Of a stretch of DNA of 64,000 nucleotides, positions 1-10,238 are shown piece by piece. The stretch spans positions 67,840-131,839 of the forward strand of contig DATHMK010000015.1 of the NCBI GenBank assembly GCA_035487155.1. The letters are read 5' to 3'. A program made the translations under genes and the position numbers. The notes beneath the pieces are model-generated. The model did not search any database, was not told the DNA's origin, and worked only from the letters and a program-made list of their open reading frames with translations. This DNA is from Steroidobacteraceae bacterium (GTDB lineage Bacteria; Pseudomonadota; Gammaproteobacteria; Steroidobacterales; Steroidobacteraceae). The first letter of the stretch is position 1. Every line of letters begins with the position of its first letter.

Positions 1-714
1 GGCGATCACTATGCGGCGCATCGGACTCTCATCCTTGCGCATCTCGCCCATGACGCGGCGTATGTAGTCGCGGCCGGCGAGAAAGAACACCTCATCGCCA
101 TCCTCGATGATGGTTTCCCCGTCCGGACGCACCGCGCCGGTATTGCGGTAGATGGCCACGATGCGCGCCTCGGTGCTGGGGATGTGTTCGCGCAGCTCGC
201 GCAGCCGCTGTCCGACCAGTTTGCCGTCCTTGCGCGCGCGCACGCCCACCAGACGCACCTTGCCGTCGGCGAAATCCAGCACCTGCAGGGTGCCGGGGAA
301 ATTGACCAGGCGTTCGATGTACTCGGTGACCAGCCGCTCCGGACTGATGAAGAAGTCCACCGCCAACGCATCGTCACTGAACAGTTCAGGGCGGGCGGTG
401 TATTCGGCCGAGCGTATGCGTGCGATCTTGGTGGGGGTGCGGAACAGCGTGTCCGCGACCTCGCAGGCCAGGATGTTCACTTCATCGCTGTTGGTCAGGG
501 CGATGAGGATGTCGGCCTCGGCCGCGCCCGCAGCTTCCAGCACCGAAGGGTAGGCGCCGTTGCCAGCGACGGTGCGGATGTCGATGCGGTCCTGCAGGTC
601 ACGCAGGATGTCCTCGTTCACATCCACCACGGTGACCTCATTGGCCTCTTCTCGGGACAGCTGGTAGGCCACCGTTCTGCCGACCTGCCCCGCTCCCAGG
701 ATGACGATTTTCAT
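1..714 (-). CDS. trkA: Trk potassium uptake NAD-binding subunit TrkA, N-terminal 238 codons; gene runs off the window edge
   Basis: Absent from the ORF track because it is open at position 1. Reverse-strand translation from the ATG at 714 reads MKIVILGAGQVGRTVAYQLSREEANEVTVVDVNEDILRDLQ (GxGxxG Rossmann). It continues without a stop to position 1, ending ...GDEVFFLAGRDYIRRVMGEMRKDESPMRRIVIA. Confidence 0.8.
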   Translation of the reverse strand, partial: MKIVILGAGQVGRTVAYQLSREEANEVTVVDVNEDILRDLQDRIDIRTVAGNGAYPSVLEAAGAAEADILIALTNSDEVNILACEVADTLFRTPTKIARIRSAEYTARPELFSDDALAVDFFISPERLVTEYIERLVNFPGTLQVLDFADGKVRLVGVRARKDGKLVGQRLRELREHIPSTEARIVAIYRNTGAVRPDGETIIEDGDEVFFLAGRDYIRRVMGEMRKDESPMRRIVIA

Positions 715-726
715 GTGGAACTTATG

Positions 727-2916
727 TCAGACGGGCTCGAGGTTTGCGTACTGCAGCATAAGCCACTTGGTACCCTCCTGCTCAAAATTCACCTGCACGC
801 GCGCGTGCGCGCCATTGCCTTCCAGGTTGAGTATCACGCCTTCGCCAAACTTGCCGTGCCGCACCCTGGCACCCAGGCCCATGCCGGGCTGGCCGTTACC
901 AACCGGTTCACGCAGCGCCGCGCCGCGCAGCGTCCCTGGTGCACTGAAACGCCCGCTCATCATCGGCCGCGCCACCGGCACCCGCGCCCTGACCTCTTCA
1001 ATCAGCTCACCGGGAATTTCCTTGATGAAACGCGATGCCGCGCCGTAGGTGTCCATGCCATGCAGCCGCCGCTGCTCGGCATAGGTGAGGTACAGCTGCT
1101 GCATCGCGCGGGTCATGCCCACGTAGGCCAGGCGACGCTCTTCCTCCAGGCCCTCGATGTCATTCAATGAGCGCTGGTGCGGGAACAGGCCGTCCTCCAT
1201 TCCCGAGAGGAACACCACCGGAAATTCCAGTCCCTTCGCGGTATGCAGCGTCATCATCTGTATGCAGTCCTCCCAGGCATCCGCCTGGCCCTCGCCGGAC
1301 TCCAGCACGGCGTGGGCCAGAAACGCCGCCAGCGGCGGCAGATCCTCGCTGCCCTCGCCGGTGAAACCGCGGGCCGCGCTCACCAGTTCCTCGAGGTTCT
1401 CCACGCGCGCCTCGCCGCGATCGGCCTTTTCGCGCCGATGATGCTCGATGAGGCCGCTGTGATTGATGACATGGTCGACCTGTTCGTGCAGCGCCAGGCC
1501 CTGGATCTCGCGCTCCAGGCGTTCGATCAGCTGCATGAAGCCGTGCACGGCCGCGGCCGCCTTGGGTCCCAGCGCCTCGCCGATGCAGGCGCCGGCTGCG
1601 TCCCACAGACTCTGTCCGGAGCCCTTGGCCGCCTCGCGCACGATGTCCAGGCTCCTGGTGCCTATGCCGCGGGTGGGCAGGTTCACCACGCGTTCGAACG
1701 AAGCATCATCCAGGCGGTTGCAGATGAGCCGCAGGTAGGCGAGCGCATCCTTGATTTCGGCACGCTCGAAGAACCGCAGGCCGCCATAGACCTTGTAGGG
1801 AATCCGCGCCGAGAGAAACACCTCTTCAAACACCCGCGACTGCGCATTGGAGCGATACAGGATGGCCACCTGGCTGCGCAGTCCACCACGCTGGGTCCAG
1901 TCGCGAATGCGCTGCAGCACGAACTCGGCCTCGTCGCGCTCATTGAACGCGGCGTAGACGTGTATGGGATCGCCGTGCGCGCCATCGGTCCACAAGGTCT
2001 TGCCCAGACGTCCGGCGTTGTGGGCGATCAGCGCATTGGCGCCGTTGAGTATGGTGGCGGTGGAGCGGTAGTTCTGTTCCAGCCGAAACAGCTTGGCATG
2101 CGGAAAGTCGCGCCGGAACTGGTGCAGGTTCTCGACCCGGGCGCCGCGCCAGCGATAGATGGACTGGTCATCATCACCCACCGCGAAGGGCTGCACCACG
2201 CTGCCGGCCAGCAGCTTCATCCAGCCGTACTGGATGGCGTTGGTGTCCTGGAACTCATCGATCAGCACGTGCCGGAATCGGTTGCGATAATGATCCAGCA
2301 GCGCCGGCTGATCGCGCCACAGCTCGAAGGCGCGCAGCAGCAGCTCGGCGAAGTCGACCACGCCGGCGCGCGCGCAGGCCTCCTCATAGTCCGCATACAG
2401 GCGTATCAGCTGCCGGCGCGTCGGGTCATTGCCGTCCTTCAGATGCTTCGGCCGATGGCCCTCGTCCTTGTTCGAGTTGATGAAGCCCTGCACCTCGCGG
2501 GGCACCCAGCGGCTCTCATCCAGGCCCTGCGTCTTGATCAGTTTCTTCAGCAAACGCAGCTGGTCCTCGGAATCCAGGATCTGAAACCCCTGCACCAGGC
2601 CCGCCTCGCGCCAGTGCATGCGCAACAGCCGGTGCGCGATCCCATGGAAGGTCCCGATCCACAGCGACTGGGCCGAGTAGCCGAGCAGGCTCTCGATTCT
2701 GGCGCGCATCTCGCCGGCCGCCTTGTTGGTGAAAGTCACCGCGAGGATGCTGTAGGGGGAGACATTTTCGACCTGGCACAGCCACGCCAGACGGTGGATG
2801 AGCACGCGCGTCTTGCCGCTGCCGGCGCCGGCGAGTACCAGCACCGGGCCGACGGGGGCGGTAACGGCGGCACGCTGTGCGTCGTTCAGCGACGCTAGGA
2901 TGGGAGACAAATCCAT
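727..2916 (-). CDS. uvrD: DNA helicase II (UvrD/Rep superfamily 1 helicase)
   Basis: 729 aa. Walker A AGAGSGKTRVL, motif II DEFQDTN, and typical C-terminal region. Confidence 0.93.
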   Translation of the reverse strand: MDLSPILASLNDAQRAAVTAPVGPVLVLAGAGSGKTRVLIHRLAWLCQVENVSPYSILAVTFTNKAAGEMRARIESLLGYSAQSLWIGTFHGIAHRLLRMHWREAGLVQGFQILDSEDQLRLLKKLIKTQGLDESRWVPREVQGFINSNKDEGHRPKHLKDGNDPTRRQLIRLYADYEEACARAGVVDFAELLLRAFELWRDQPALLDHYRNRFRHVLIDEFQDTNAIQYGWMKLLAGSVVQPFAVGDDDQSIYRWRGARVENLHQFRRDFPHAKLFRLEQNYRSTATILNGANALIAHNAGRLGKTLWTDGAHGDPIHVYAAFNERDEAEFVLQRIRDWTQRGGLRSQVAILYRSNAQSRVFEEVFLSARIPYKVYGGLRFFERAEIKDALAYLRLICNRLDDASFERVVNLPTRGIGTRSLDIVREAAKGSGQSLWDAAGACIGEALGPKAAAAVHGFMQLIERLEREIQGLALHEQVDHVINHSGLIEHHRREKADRGEARVENLEELVSAARGFTGEGSEDLPPLAAFLAHAVLESGEGQADAWEDCIQMMTLHTAKGLEFPVVFLSGMEDGLFPHQRSLNDIEGLEEERRLAYVGMTRAMQQLYLTYAEQRRLHGMDTYGAASRFIKEIPGELIEEVRARVPVARPMMSGRFSAPGTLRGAALREPVGNGQPGMGLGARVRHGKFGEGVILNLEGNGAHARVQVNFEQEGTKWLMLQYANLEPV

Positions 2917-2948
2917 GGGACGCGCATTCTATACCACGGGCGCCCGCA

Positions 2949-4010
2949 TCAATGGGGGTGAGGGGTGACGTCGGTGAAGGACCGAACGATCTCCACCACC
3001 AGGCTGATCAGCACCGGCCCGACCACGAAGCCTATGAAGCCAAAGGCACTGACCCCGCCTATGGCGCCGACGAACACCGCCAGGGCGGAAACCTTGGCGT
3101 GGCGGGAGGTCAGCAGGGGGCGCAGGAACTGCTCACCCAGCGCCAGCAGGCCGCACCACACCAGCAGAAACACCGCGGCGCCCCAGCGGCCGATGAACAT
3201 CAGGTAGAGGATGGCCGGCACCAGCACCGTGGCCGAGCCGATCGCGGGAATGAAGGAGGCGGCCGCGGCGAGCGCGCCGAAGACCACCGGCGAGGGCAGG
3301 CCGATGATGGCAAAGCCGATGCCGATGAGCACCCCCTGCAGCAGCGCCGTCATGGTCGTGCCATACACCACGGCGCGCATCACCGACACCAGGTTGTTGA
3401 TCAGCTGGTCGCTGCGCTCGGTCTCCACCGGAATCAGCCGCGCCAGGTGCCGGATGATGCTGCGGCCGTCGAGCAGCGCGAAGAACAGCAGGAACAGCAT
3501 CAGTACAAACTGCACCACGGTGCCCGCCACTTCCATGGCGAAGTCGCCACTCAAGGCGGCAGCCGTCTGCAGCGCGGCGTGCGCGGTCTGGGTGGCCCAA
3601 TCCTGCACCTGAACGGCACTGATGGGCAGGCTCTCCTGCAGCAGCCGCACCACCGGGCCGATCACCGGATAGCTCGCCAGATCCCCGCTCAGGCCGGGAA
3701 TCGACAGCGTGCCCTGCTTGAAGCCGGTGATCAGACTGCCAACCTGCCGGGCGAACACCAGGGCCAGCATGCTCAATGGCGCGATGATCACGAAGGGCGT
3801 CAGGATGGTGATCAGCACCGCGGAGAGCTCGCGGCGGTGTTTCAGCGCCCGCGACAGCCGCACCTGCACCGGATACAGCAGGAAGGCCAGGACCGTGGCC
3901 GACATCAGGGCAGCGGCCAGGGGTGCCAGCATCCGCAGCAGCAGGTAGCCCAGCAGGCCTAGGGTCACCAGGGCAAAGGCGCCACGGTAGAAGGGCGAGT
4001 AGCGTTGCAC
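2949..4010 (-). CDS. AI-2E family (PerM/UPF0118) transporter
   Basis: Multi-pass membrane protein with the AI-2E-like layout. The track start at 4097 would overlap the divergent GST start, so an in-frame GTG at 4010 (VQRYSPFYRG...) is preferred. Start is uncertain. Confidence 0.7.
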   Translation of the reverse strand: MQRYSPFYRGAFALVTLGLLGYLLLRMLAPLAAALMSATVLAFLLYPVQVRLSRALKHRRELSAVLITILTPFVIIAPLSMLALVFARQVGSLITGFKQGTLSIPGLSGDLASYPVIGPVVRLLQESLPISAVQVQDWATQTAHAALQTAAALSGDFAMEVAGTVVQFVLMLFLLFFALLDGRSIIRHLARLIPVETERSDQLINNLVSVMRAVVYGTTMTALLQGVLIGIGFAIIGLPSPVVFGALAAAASFIPAIGSATVLVPAILYLMFIGRWGAAVFLLVWCGLLALGEQFLRPLLTSRHAKVSALAVFVGAIGGVSAFGFIGFVVGPVLISLVVEIVRSFTDVTPHPH

Positions 4011-4095
4011 GGCGCAGAGCCTAACCGGATTGGCGCTGGACGGCGAGCGTCCCGGCGCTGGCGTACCCCAAGGCCCATGGCGGATACTGGGCGCC

Positions 4096-4713
4096 ATGTT
4101 GACGCTGTACGATTACCTGGATTCGGGGAACGGCTTCAAGATCCGGCTGCTGCTCTCGCAGCTGACGCGGCAGTATCGCTGGGTCGAGCGCGACATCATG
4201 GCGGGGGAGACCCGTACTCCTGATTTCCTCGCCAGAAATCCCAACGGCTGCATCCCGGTCATCGAGACCGACGATGGTGTGTGCCTGGCCGAGTCCAACG
4301 CCATTCTCTTCTATCTGGCCGAGGGGACACGATTCCTGCCCGAGAACCCGATGCTGCGCGCGCAGGCGCTGCAGTGGATGTTCTTCGAGCAGTACAGCCA
4401 TGAACCCTACGTCGCCACGCCGCGTTTCATCATCAAGCATCTGCCCGCGGATTCTCCCCGCCACGCGGAGCTGCCGCGGCGGCTGGCGCAGGGCCGCAAG
4501 GCACTGGGGATCATGGACCAGCATCTGAATGGTCGTCAGTTCATGGTGGCTGAGCGCTACAGCATCGCCGACATCGCCCTGTACGCCTATACCCACGTTG
4601 CCGAGGAAGCAACGCTGGATCTGAGCCCCTACCCGCATGTGAGCGCCTGGCTCAAACGGGTCGCCGAGCAGCCTTATTACATACCGATCACGTTCCGGCC
4701 GGCGGTAGTCTGA
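4096..4713 (+). CDS. Glutathione S-transferase family protein
   Basis: From the internal ATG the protein begins MLTLYDYLDSGNGFKIRLLL, with a thioredoxin-like N-domain and a helical C-domain. The upstream extension from 4030 looks non-coding. Confidence 0.78.
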   Translation: MLTLYDYLDSGNGFKIRLLLSQLTRQYRWVERDIMAGETRTPDFLARNPNGCIPVIETDDGVCLAESNAILFYLAEGTRFLPENPMLRAQALQWMFFEQYSHEPYVATPRFIIKHLPADSPRHAELPRRLAQGRKALGIMDQHLNGRQFMVAERYSIADIALYAYTHVAEEATLDLSPYPHVSAWLKRVAEQPYYIPITFRPAVV

Positions 4714-6628
4714 CGGCGCGTCGGGCGTTGAAGGCCGCCTGCAGCAGTCGCTCGACCTCATCCGGATCGACCGGCTTGGTCAGATGATGGTCAAAGCCCG
4801 CGGCCGCCGCGCGCGCCTTGTCATCCTCCTGTCCCCACCCCGTGACCGCGATCAGACAGATGTCCTGTCCCCAGGGCGCGGCGCGGATCTTGGCCGCGAC
4901 TTCGTAGCCGGTCATGTCGGGCATGCCGACATCCAGGATGGCCACATGCGGCGCGGCGCCGCGGACCATCTCGAGGGCCTGGGTGCCGCCGTAGCCGACC
5001 GACACCTGGTAACCCTGTGACTGCAGCAGCATCGCCAGGCTGTCGGCGGCATCGCGATTGTCATCGGCCACCACGATGCGGCAGGCCAGCGTGCCGGTCC
5101 GGGGTTGTGCCGGGGTCTGCGCCGGGTCCTCGCCGGGTGCGAAGGACAGGACGGATCGCGGCAGGTGCATCACGAACTCGCTGCCCCGTCCCACCCCGGG
5201 GCTGTGCGCCTCGACGGTTCCGGAGTGCAGGCCAATCAGCCCCTTGACCAGCGCCAGACCGATGCCCAGGCCGCCCTCCGAGCGGGCCACGGCGGAGCTG
5301 GCCTGCGAAAACATCTCAAACAGATGCGCCGCGGTCTCGGGCGCAAAACCGATGCCGTTGTCCTGCACCGCAAGGATCAGCTCATCCTCCAGCACCCGGG
5401 CCGTCAGCCTGATCTGGCCCTGGCCATCGGTGTACTTGGCGCTGTTGGTGAGAAGGTTCGCCAGTGATTGGGAAATCCGCAATGGATCCACCCTCAGCAG
5501 CACCGGAGTTGCCGGCAGCTCCATGGTCAGCTGGTGATGCCGGGAATCGATCAGCGGCCGGGCAATCTCCACCGCCGCATCGACAATGGACTCCAGGGTT
5601 ACGGTTTCGAGCTTCAGCTGCAGGCGGCCGCGGGTGATCCGCGACACATCCAGCAGATCATCCAGCAGCAGCGCCATGCGCCGTACCTGCCGGGCGATGA
5701 CATCCCGTGCCCACTTCTCCTTCACCCCATCGAGCGATCGCGACTCCAGCAGCCGCGCCGCATGGCGGATCGGCGCCAGAGGATTGCGCAATTCATGGGC
5801 CAGGGTCGCCAGGAATTCATCCTTGCGCCGGTCGGCATCGCGCAGCGCCTCCTGCGCGGCCTTGCGCACTTCGATCTCATCGCTCAGTGCGCGATTGGAG
5901 GTTTCCAGCGCCCGGGCGCGCGTCTGCACCTCCTCGAGCATGTTGTTGAAGGCATCCACGACCACGCCGATCTCATCCTCGGAGGTCTTCTTCGCGCGCG
6001 AGGAGTAGTCGCGCCGCCTGACGATGGCATTGGCGATGCCGGCGATGTCATCCAGGGGCTGCAGAATGGCCTGCTGCAGGCGCCGGGACAGCAGCAGCGC
6101 CACCAGCATGCTCAGGAGCGTGACCAGCACGAAGATCAGCAGATAGTCCTCGACACGCCCCAGGGTGTCGTAGCGCGCCTGCAGGTAGATGCTGCCCAGG
6201 TGCTCGCCATTGCGCTCGATGGGACGCGAATACTCAGCGCGCTCGCCGGAGGTGAACATGCCCGGTAGCGGTACGCGCTGCGGCAATGCCAGGCTGCCAG
6301 ATCGTGTGAAGGATGCGTAGAGGGCGCCATTGGCCGAGTACAGTGCCGCGGCCATCACCTGCGGCCGCACCTTCAGCGCGCTCAGATCGCGAATCGCGGC
6401 GTCATGATCGTTGAAGGCCACGGCCGGTGCCAGCGAGACCGCGAGAATGGAAGCCTCCGACGCCAGGTCCTGGGTCCAGGATTGCTGATAGCGCTTGATA
6501 TCGACGCTGAGCATCAAGGTGCCCGCCACGCACAGGGCAATGACGGTGGTGATCAGCACCACGCGCATCAGCTTGCCGCGCACCGAGCGGCGCACACCCG
6601 CGAAGCTTGAAAGCGGCGTGAAGCTCAT
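4688..6628 (-). CDS. Hybrid sensor histidine kinase/response regulator with periplasmic sensor (CHASE8-like), HAMP, HisKA, HATPase and REC
   Basis: Two transmembrane segments flank a ~150-aa periplasmic loop. H-box FLATLAHELRNPL, G-box DNGIGF...GGLGIGL, C-terminal receiver RIVVADDNRD...DVGMPDMTGYEV. The start overlaps the upstream gene stop (ATGA). Confidence 0.88.
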   Translation of the reverse strand: MSFTPLSSFAGVRRSVRGKLMRVVLITTVIALCVAGTLMLSVDIKRYQQSWTQDLASEASILAVSLAPAVAFNDHDAAIRDLSALKVRPQVMAAALYSANGALYASFTRSGSLALPQRVPLPGMFTSGERAEYSRPIERNGEHLGSIYLQARYDTLGRVEDYLLIFVLVTLLSMLVALLLSRRLQQAILQPLDDIAGIANAIVRRRDYSSRAKKTSEDEIGVVVDAFNNMLEEVQTRARALETSNRALSDEIEVRKAAQEALRDADRRKDEFLATLAHELRNPLAPIRHAARLLESRSLDGVKEKWARDVIARQVRRMALLLDDLLDVSRITRGRLQLKLETVTLESIVDAAVEIARPLIDSRHHQLTMELPATPVLLRVDPLRISQSLANLLTNSAKYTDGQGQIRLTARVLEDELILAVQDNGIGFAPETAAHLFEMFSQASSAVARSEGGLGIGLALVKGLIGLHSGTVEAHSPGVGRGSEFVMHLPRSVLSFAPGEDPAQTPAQPRTGTLACRIVVADDNRDAADSLAMLLQSQGYQVSVGYGGTQALEMVRGAAPHVAILDVGMPDMTGYEVAAKIRAAPWGQDICLIAVTGWGQEDDKARAAAAGFDHHLTKPVDPDEVERLLQAAFNARRAVRLPPAGT

Positions 6629-7203
6629 CCGAGCTGCCCATGGCCGCCCTGAACGCGCACGGCGACGCCGAGCAGATCGGCGCTGATCTTAAGTCCCCAG
6701 CGCTCGGCCGCGGCGAGAGACACTTCGAAGCGCACGTTGCTGTCGACGGTGAGGAAATTGATGACGCTGCCGTCGCCCAGGCCACCCTCCTCGGCCGTGA
6801 CCAGCAACAGTGCCGAGCGGCCCTGGGGGCGCAGCTCCCGCAGCAGCTGGGCGCGGCCCTCGGCCACATAGAGTATCTGCGCGTTGCCGACATCCTGCAG
6901 CCTTGAGACCTCGCGCACCAGCGTCATGCGTCCATTGATCGAGTGTGAGGCCAGGATGCGGCGCAGCTCGCGCGCCATGGCCGGTGAATCCATCACATCG
7001 ATGACGAAGGGGGCATCGGCCGCTGCGCCATCCGGCCAGGCGACGTAGCCGGCGAAGCGATACAGATAGGCGGCCCGCACCGCATCCTCCGAGGGGGCCT
7101 CCGCGGCGAGGCCGCCACGAAACGCGGCGGCGAGGGCCATGAGCCCGAGGAGCATCACCCTCGGGAGCATCATGCGCGCTTCACATCGCCGGCCGTACAT
7201 CAT
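6625..7203 (-). CDS. YfiR-like (DUF4154) periplasmic protein
   Basis: Signal peptide MMLPRVMLLGLMALAAA. Motif AYLYRFAGYVAWPD is typical of YfiR/DUF4154. The true start may be the internal ATG at 7173. Confidence 0.68.
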   Translation of the reverse strand: MMYGRRCEARMMLPRVMLLGLMALAAAFRGGLAAEAPSEDAVRAAYLYRFAGYVAWPDGAAADAPFVIDVMDSPAMARELRRILASHSINGRMTLVREVSRLQDVGNAQILYVAEGRAQLLRELRPQGRSALLLVTAEEGGLGDGSVINFLTVDSNVRFEVSLAAAERWGLKISADLLGVAVRVQGGHGQLG

Positions 7204-7209
7204 GGAGGT

Positions 7210-9150
7210 TCAGAAGTTGCAGCGGGCTTCAGCGATCACGGAACGGGTGATCTCTTCGCCAGCGGCCGCCGGAAGTTCGTAATGCCGCGCATGCAGCAGG
7301 TTCGCGCCACGCAGCGAGAACTCCACGGTGCGGTTCATGCGCCATCCCAGGCGCGTATCCAGCTCGGTGTAATGAGGCAGTGCGGGGGATGGCAGGGCTC
7401 CCACATAGCGCAGCATCGCATCCAGGGTCAGATGGTGCGGCAGGTTCATCGAGGAGCTGAGCGAGGCATGCGAACCGGGATCATCCCCGGCCTGGACCGT
7501 TCCCAGAAGTCCGCTGGCACCGGGACTGAATGTCAGACGCTCGCGCACCCAGGTCACGCCCGGAGACAGACGCCACCAGTCGGTGACCTGCCAGCTGGCC
7601 CAGCTGTCGATGCCGAAGGTGTTGCCGCGCATCATGTTGCCCCAGTACAGGGGCACGAAGCTCGTCGCGGAGTTGGGTTCAACGGTGCGCAGATCGTCAT
7701 AGTGATCGTGGAAGCCGGCGATGCTGAAGGACAGTGAGTCGGTGGGCTGAGCGCGCGTACCGATCTCCAAGGCGCGCACTTCTTCGGGGCGAAAGTCCGG
7801 ATTGCCATGCAGAAAGACTTCCGTTCCGACCTTCTCCTGCACATCCGTATCAAAGGGTGTCGGTGAGCGTATCCCACGGGAGGCAGCGGCCCAGGTCGTC
7901 ATCCGATCATTGATCGCCCAGGACAGGCGCGCATCAGGCAGCGGTGTCCAGCCGGAGAACGGGTCATCCTCGGCCTTCATGCCCAGCACCGCATTCACAG
8001 TGCCGGTCAGGGCGATGGTGTCCTGCAGGAACGCATTGGCCAGCGTCAGGTCGCGACTGGCCGGAACGAAAAGCAGTTCGGTCTCATTGGTGATGCCATA
8101 GGTGTACAGGCGTTCACCCCCGCCCCACACGATGCGGTTGCGGGAGCCGAGCATGAGCGCATCCTGCAGGGAAACGTCGTAGGTGTGCACGGTGAAGCCG
8201 CTGCTGCCCCCGGGTCCGAGCTGCTCGCTCTGGTCGATATAGGCCTGGACCTGCAGATCCGAGAGCGAGTCGTGATGCTCGTAACGGCCAAGAAGATTGC
8301 CGCCCAGCAGCACCCCGTCGAGACTGTTCAGAACGTTTTCCGTGGCGCGATAGAAATCCCCCTGAACCGTCAGCGTGTCCTGCGCGAGGCCCCAGTCGCT
8401 GCGAAACCCCGCCTGGCCCTTGGACCAGCCATCGCCCGCGCCGGAGGCGTCGGCCAGCTCCATCGCCCCGCGATGAAAGCCAAAACCATAGACCCGCACG
8501 GCGCCATCGTCGCCGACGCCGGCGCCGTAGCGGCCATCGCCGAACTGCTGCTGATTGCCGCCGCCTAAGTCGGCGTACGAGCCTTTGGTCAGGTAGGAAG
8601 GACGCGTGATGATGTTGATGACCCCGTTCATGGCATTTGCGCCCCACAATGTCGCGCCGACGCCGCTTATTACTTCAATACGGTCTATGTCCTCCAGCAT
8701 GACGTCGATCGTGTCGGCGTAGATGCCCGAATACAGGGGCGTGTAGACCGAGCGTCCGTCGATGAGTATCAGCAGCTTGTTCGAGAAGTTCTGTGCGGTG
8801 GGGTTGCCGCCCAGGCCGCGTGCCGATATCACATAGGCACTGGCGGAGCTCTGCGTCACCAGCAGATTGGGTGCCAGGCGCAGCGCCTCGGGCACACTGG
8901 TCACTCCGGATCTGACGATGTCATCGTGGGAGATCACATAGATGGTGGCCGCGGCGCGCTGCAGGACTTCGTTGGTTTTCGAAACCGAGGTGACTTCGAC
9001 CTTGGCGAGGTCCGAGAGCGACATCGCCGTGAGGTCACCATCGGCGGTGGCGTCCGTGGCATTGCAGGACAGCGGGCCGAGCAGCGCCGCCGCGATGCCA
9101 AGCGCAAGCCAGCGCACTGTCGCGGCGCTTCGGTGGGCAGGAAAATGCAT
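7210..9150 (-). CDS. TonB-dependent outer-membrane receptor
   Basis: 646 aa with a signal peptide. Plug region VEVTSVSK...IYVISHDDIVRSGVTSVPEALRLAPNLLV, a long beta-barrel, and a terminal aromatic residue (...ARCNF). Confidence 0.85.
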   Translation of the reverse strand: MHFPAHRSAATVRWLALGIAAALLGPLSCNATDATADGDLTAMSLSDLAKVEVTSVSKTNEVLQRAAATIYVISHDDIVRSGVTSVPEALRLAPNLLVTQSSASAYVISARGLGGNPTAQNFSNKLLILIDGRSVYTPLYSGIYADTIDVMLEDIDRIEVISGVGATLWGANAMNGVINIITRPSYLTKGSYADLGGGNQQQFGDGRYGAGVGDDGAVRVYGFGFHRGAMELADASGAGDGWSKGQAGFRSDWGLAQDTLTVQGDFYRATENVLNSLDGVLLGGNLLGRYEHHDSLSDLQVQAYIDQSEQLGPGGSSGFTVHTYDVSLQDALMLGSRNRIVWGGGERLYTYGITNETELLFVPASRDLTLANAFLQDTIALTGTVNAVLGMKAEDDPFSGWTPLPDARLSWAINDRMTTWAAASRGIRSPTPFDTDVQEKVGTEVFLHGNPDFRPEEVRALEIGTRAQPTDSLSFSIAGFHDHYDDLRTVEPNSATSFVPLYWGNMMRGNTFGIDSWASWQVTDWWRLSPGVTWVRERLTFSPGASGLLGTVQAGDDPGSHASLSSSMNLPHHLTLDAMLRYVGALPSPALPHYTELDTRLGWRMNRTVEFSLRGANLLHARHYELPAAAGEEITRSVIAEARCNF

Positions 9151-9259
9151 GGTTTTTGGGACCCCTGAAGACGTCTGCGCGCGAACGGCTGTTTTCTTGT
9201 TGCTGGACGCAGTCTCAATGAAAACGGCCGATCCGGCTGTCGGACAGGGCCTACAAACC

Positions 9260-10219
9260 TCAGGGAGTGCGATCCGTCAGGCTGCCCAGGAATGCCTCCA
9301 GCTCGTCACGCTCGCTGGCATCGAGGCTGAAGGTGCGCAGGCGCGGGTCGCGCCGGCCACCGTGGCGGCTGTCGGGCCTGTGCCCCACGCGCTGATAGTG
9401 CTCCAGCACCGCATCCAGCGTGGCGAAACGCCCGTCATGCATGTATGGCGCGGTAAGCGCGATGTTGCGCAGCGTCGGTACGCGCACCGGCCCCACTCCC
9501 AGGCCGTCGTCGGCACGTGTGGCCTTGCCCGTGGCCCCCGCGCTGTCGCGCCAGTTGCCGGAGAAGTTGAATCCCGAATGGCAGCCCGAGCACCCCAGGC
9601 GGCTGGAGAAGAACAGCGCCATGCCGCGCTTGGCCGGCGCCGACAGCGCCTGGTGTTCACCGCCAAAGACGTAGGCGTCGAAGGCCGATCGACCGCCGAT
9701 CAGGGTGCGCTCGAAGGCCGCGATGGCCTTGATCACCCGCTGCACCGTGATGGCGGCGCCGAAGGCGGCGGCGAACTGCTGCCGGTAGCTCGGATCGGCG
9801 GCCAGCGTGTCGACCAGGCTGTGCTCGCGCCCGCTCAGGCCGATCTCCACCGGATGGCGATTGAACAATGGCTGGCGCATCTGCTGTTCCAGGGAACTCA
9901 CCCCGGGGCTCTGCCAGCCATAGGAGAGGTTGTAGACCACATTGACCAGTGACATGGCACTGCGCGTCAGCGTCGCGCCGGTCGCACCCACCGCCAGCGC
10001 GCGGCCGTCGGTGTAGCTGCGCGCCGGGTCGTGGCAACTGGCGCAGCTGTACCGGCCGGTCACCGACAGTTGGGTTTCCCGGAACAGGCGCTGGCCGAGA
10101 CTGACCTTCGCCGCCGACATCGGGTTGTCGGCCGGTACGAAGGGCGTGGGAAAACCGCGCGGCAGATGCCATTCGAACGCGGGGGGATCCGGCGGAGCCG
10201 CCGACGCCAGGGCTGCCAT
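9260..10219 (-). CDS. Di-haem cytochrome c peroxidase / MauG family protein
   Basis: Two CxxCH haem motifs (CASCHDP and CSGCHSG), NPMSAAKVSLGQRLF, and PTLRNIALTAPYMHDG. No N-terminal signal peptide is visible (see findings). Confidence 0.82.
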   Translation of the reverse strand: MAALASAAPPDPPAFEWHLPRGFPTPFVPADNPMSAAKVSLGQRLFRETQLSVTGRYSCASCHDPARSYTDGRALAVGATGATLTRSAMSLVNVVYNLSYGWQSPGVSSLEQQMRQPLFNRHPVEIGLSGREHSLVDTLAADPSYRQQFAAAFGAAITVQRVIKAIAAFERTLIGGRSAFDAYVFGGEHQALSAPAKRGMALFFSSRLGCSGCHSGFNFSGNWRDSAGATGKATRADDGLGVGPVRVPTLRNIALTAPYMHDGRFATLDAVLEHYQRVGHRPDSRHGGRRDPRLRTFSLDASERDELEAFLGSLTDRTP

Positions 10220-10238
10220 GGCCGAACCGCGCCGGACC

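Noticed and set aside
1177-2898. Very long antisense ORFs opposite well-supported genes. Examples: 1177-2898 plus, 16798-18429 plus, 19862-21565 plus, 23865-25226 minus, 28821-31112 plus, 42324-43367 minus, 45412-46866 minus, 52982-54430 plus.
   Set aside because: Their translations are Arg/Gly/Ala/Pro/His-rich and low in complexity, with no motifs. Each lies fully opposite a gene with clear family motifs. This is the expected shadow-ORF artefact of high-GC DNA, where stop codons are rare.
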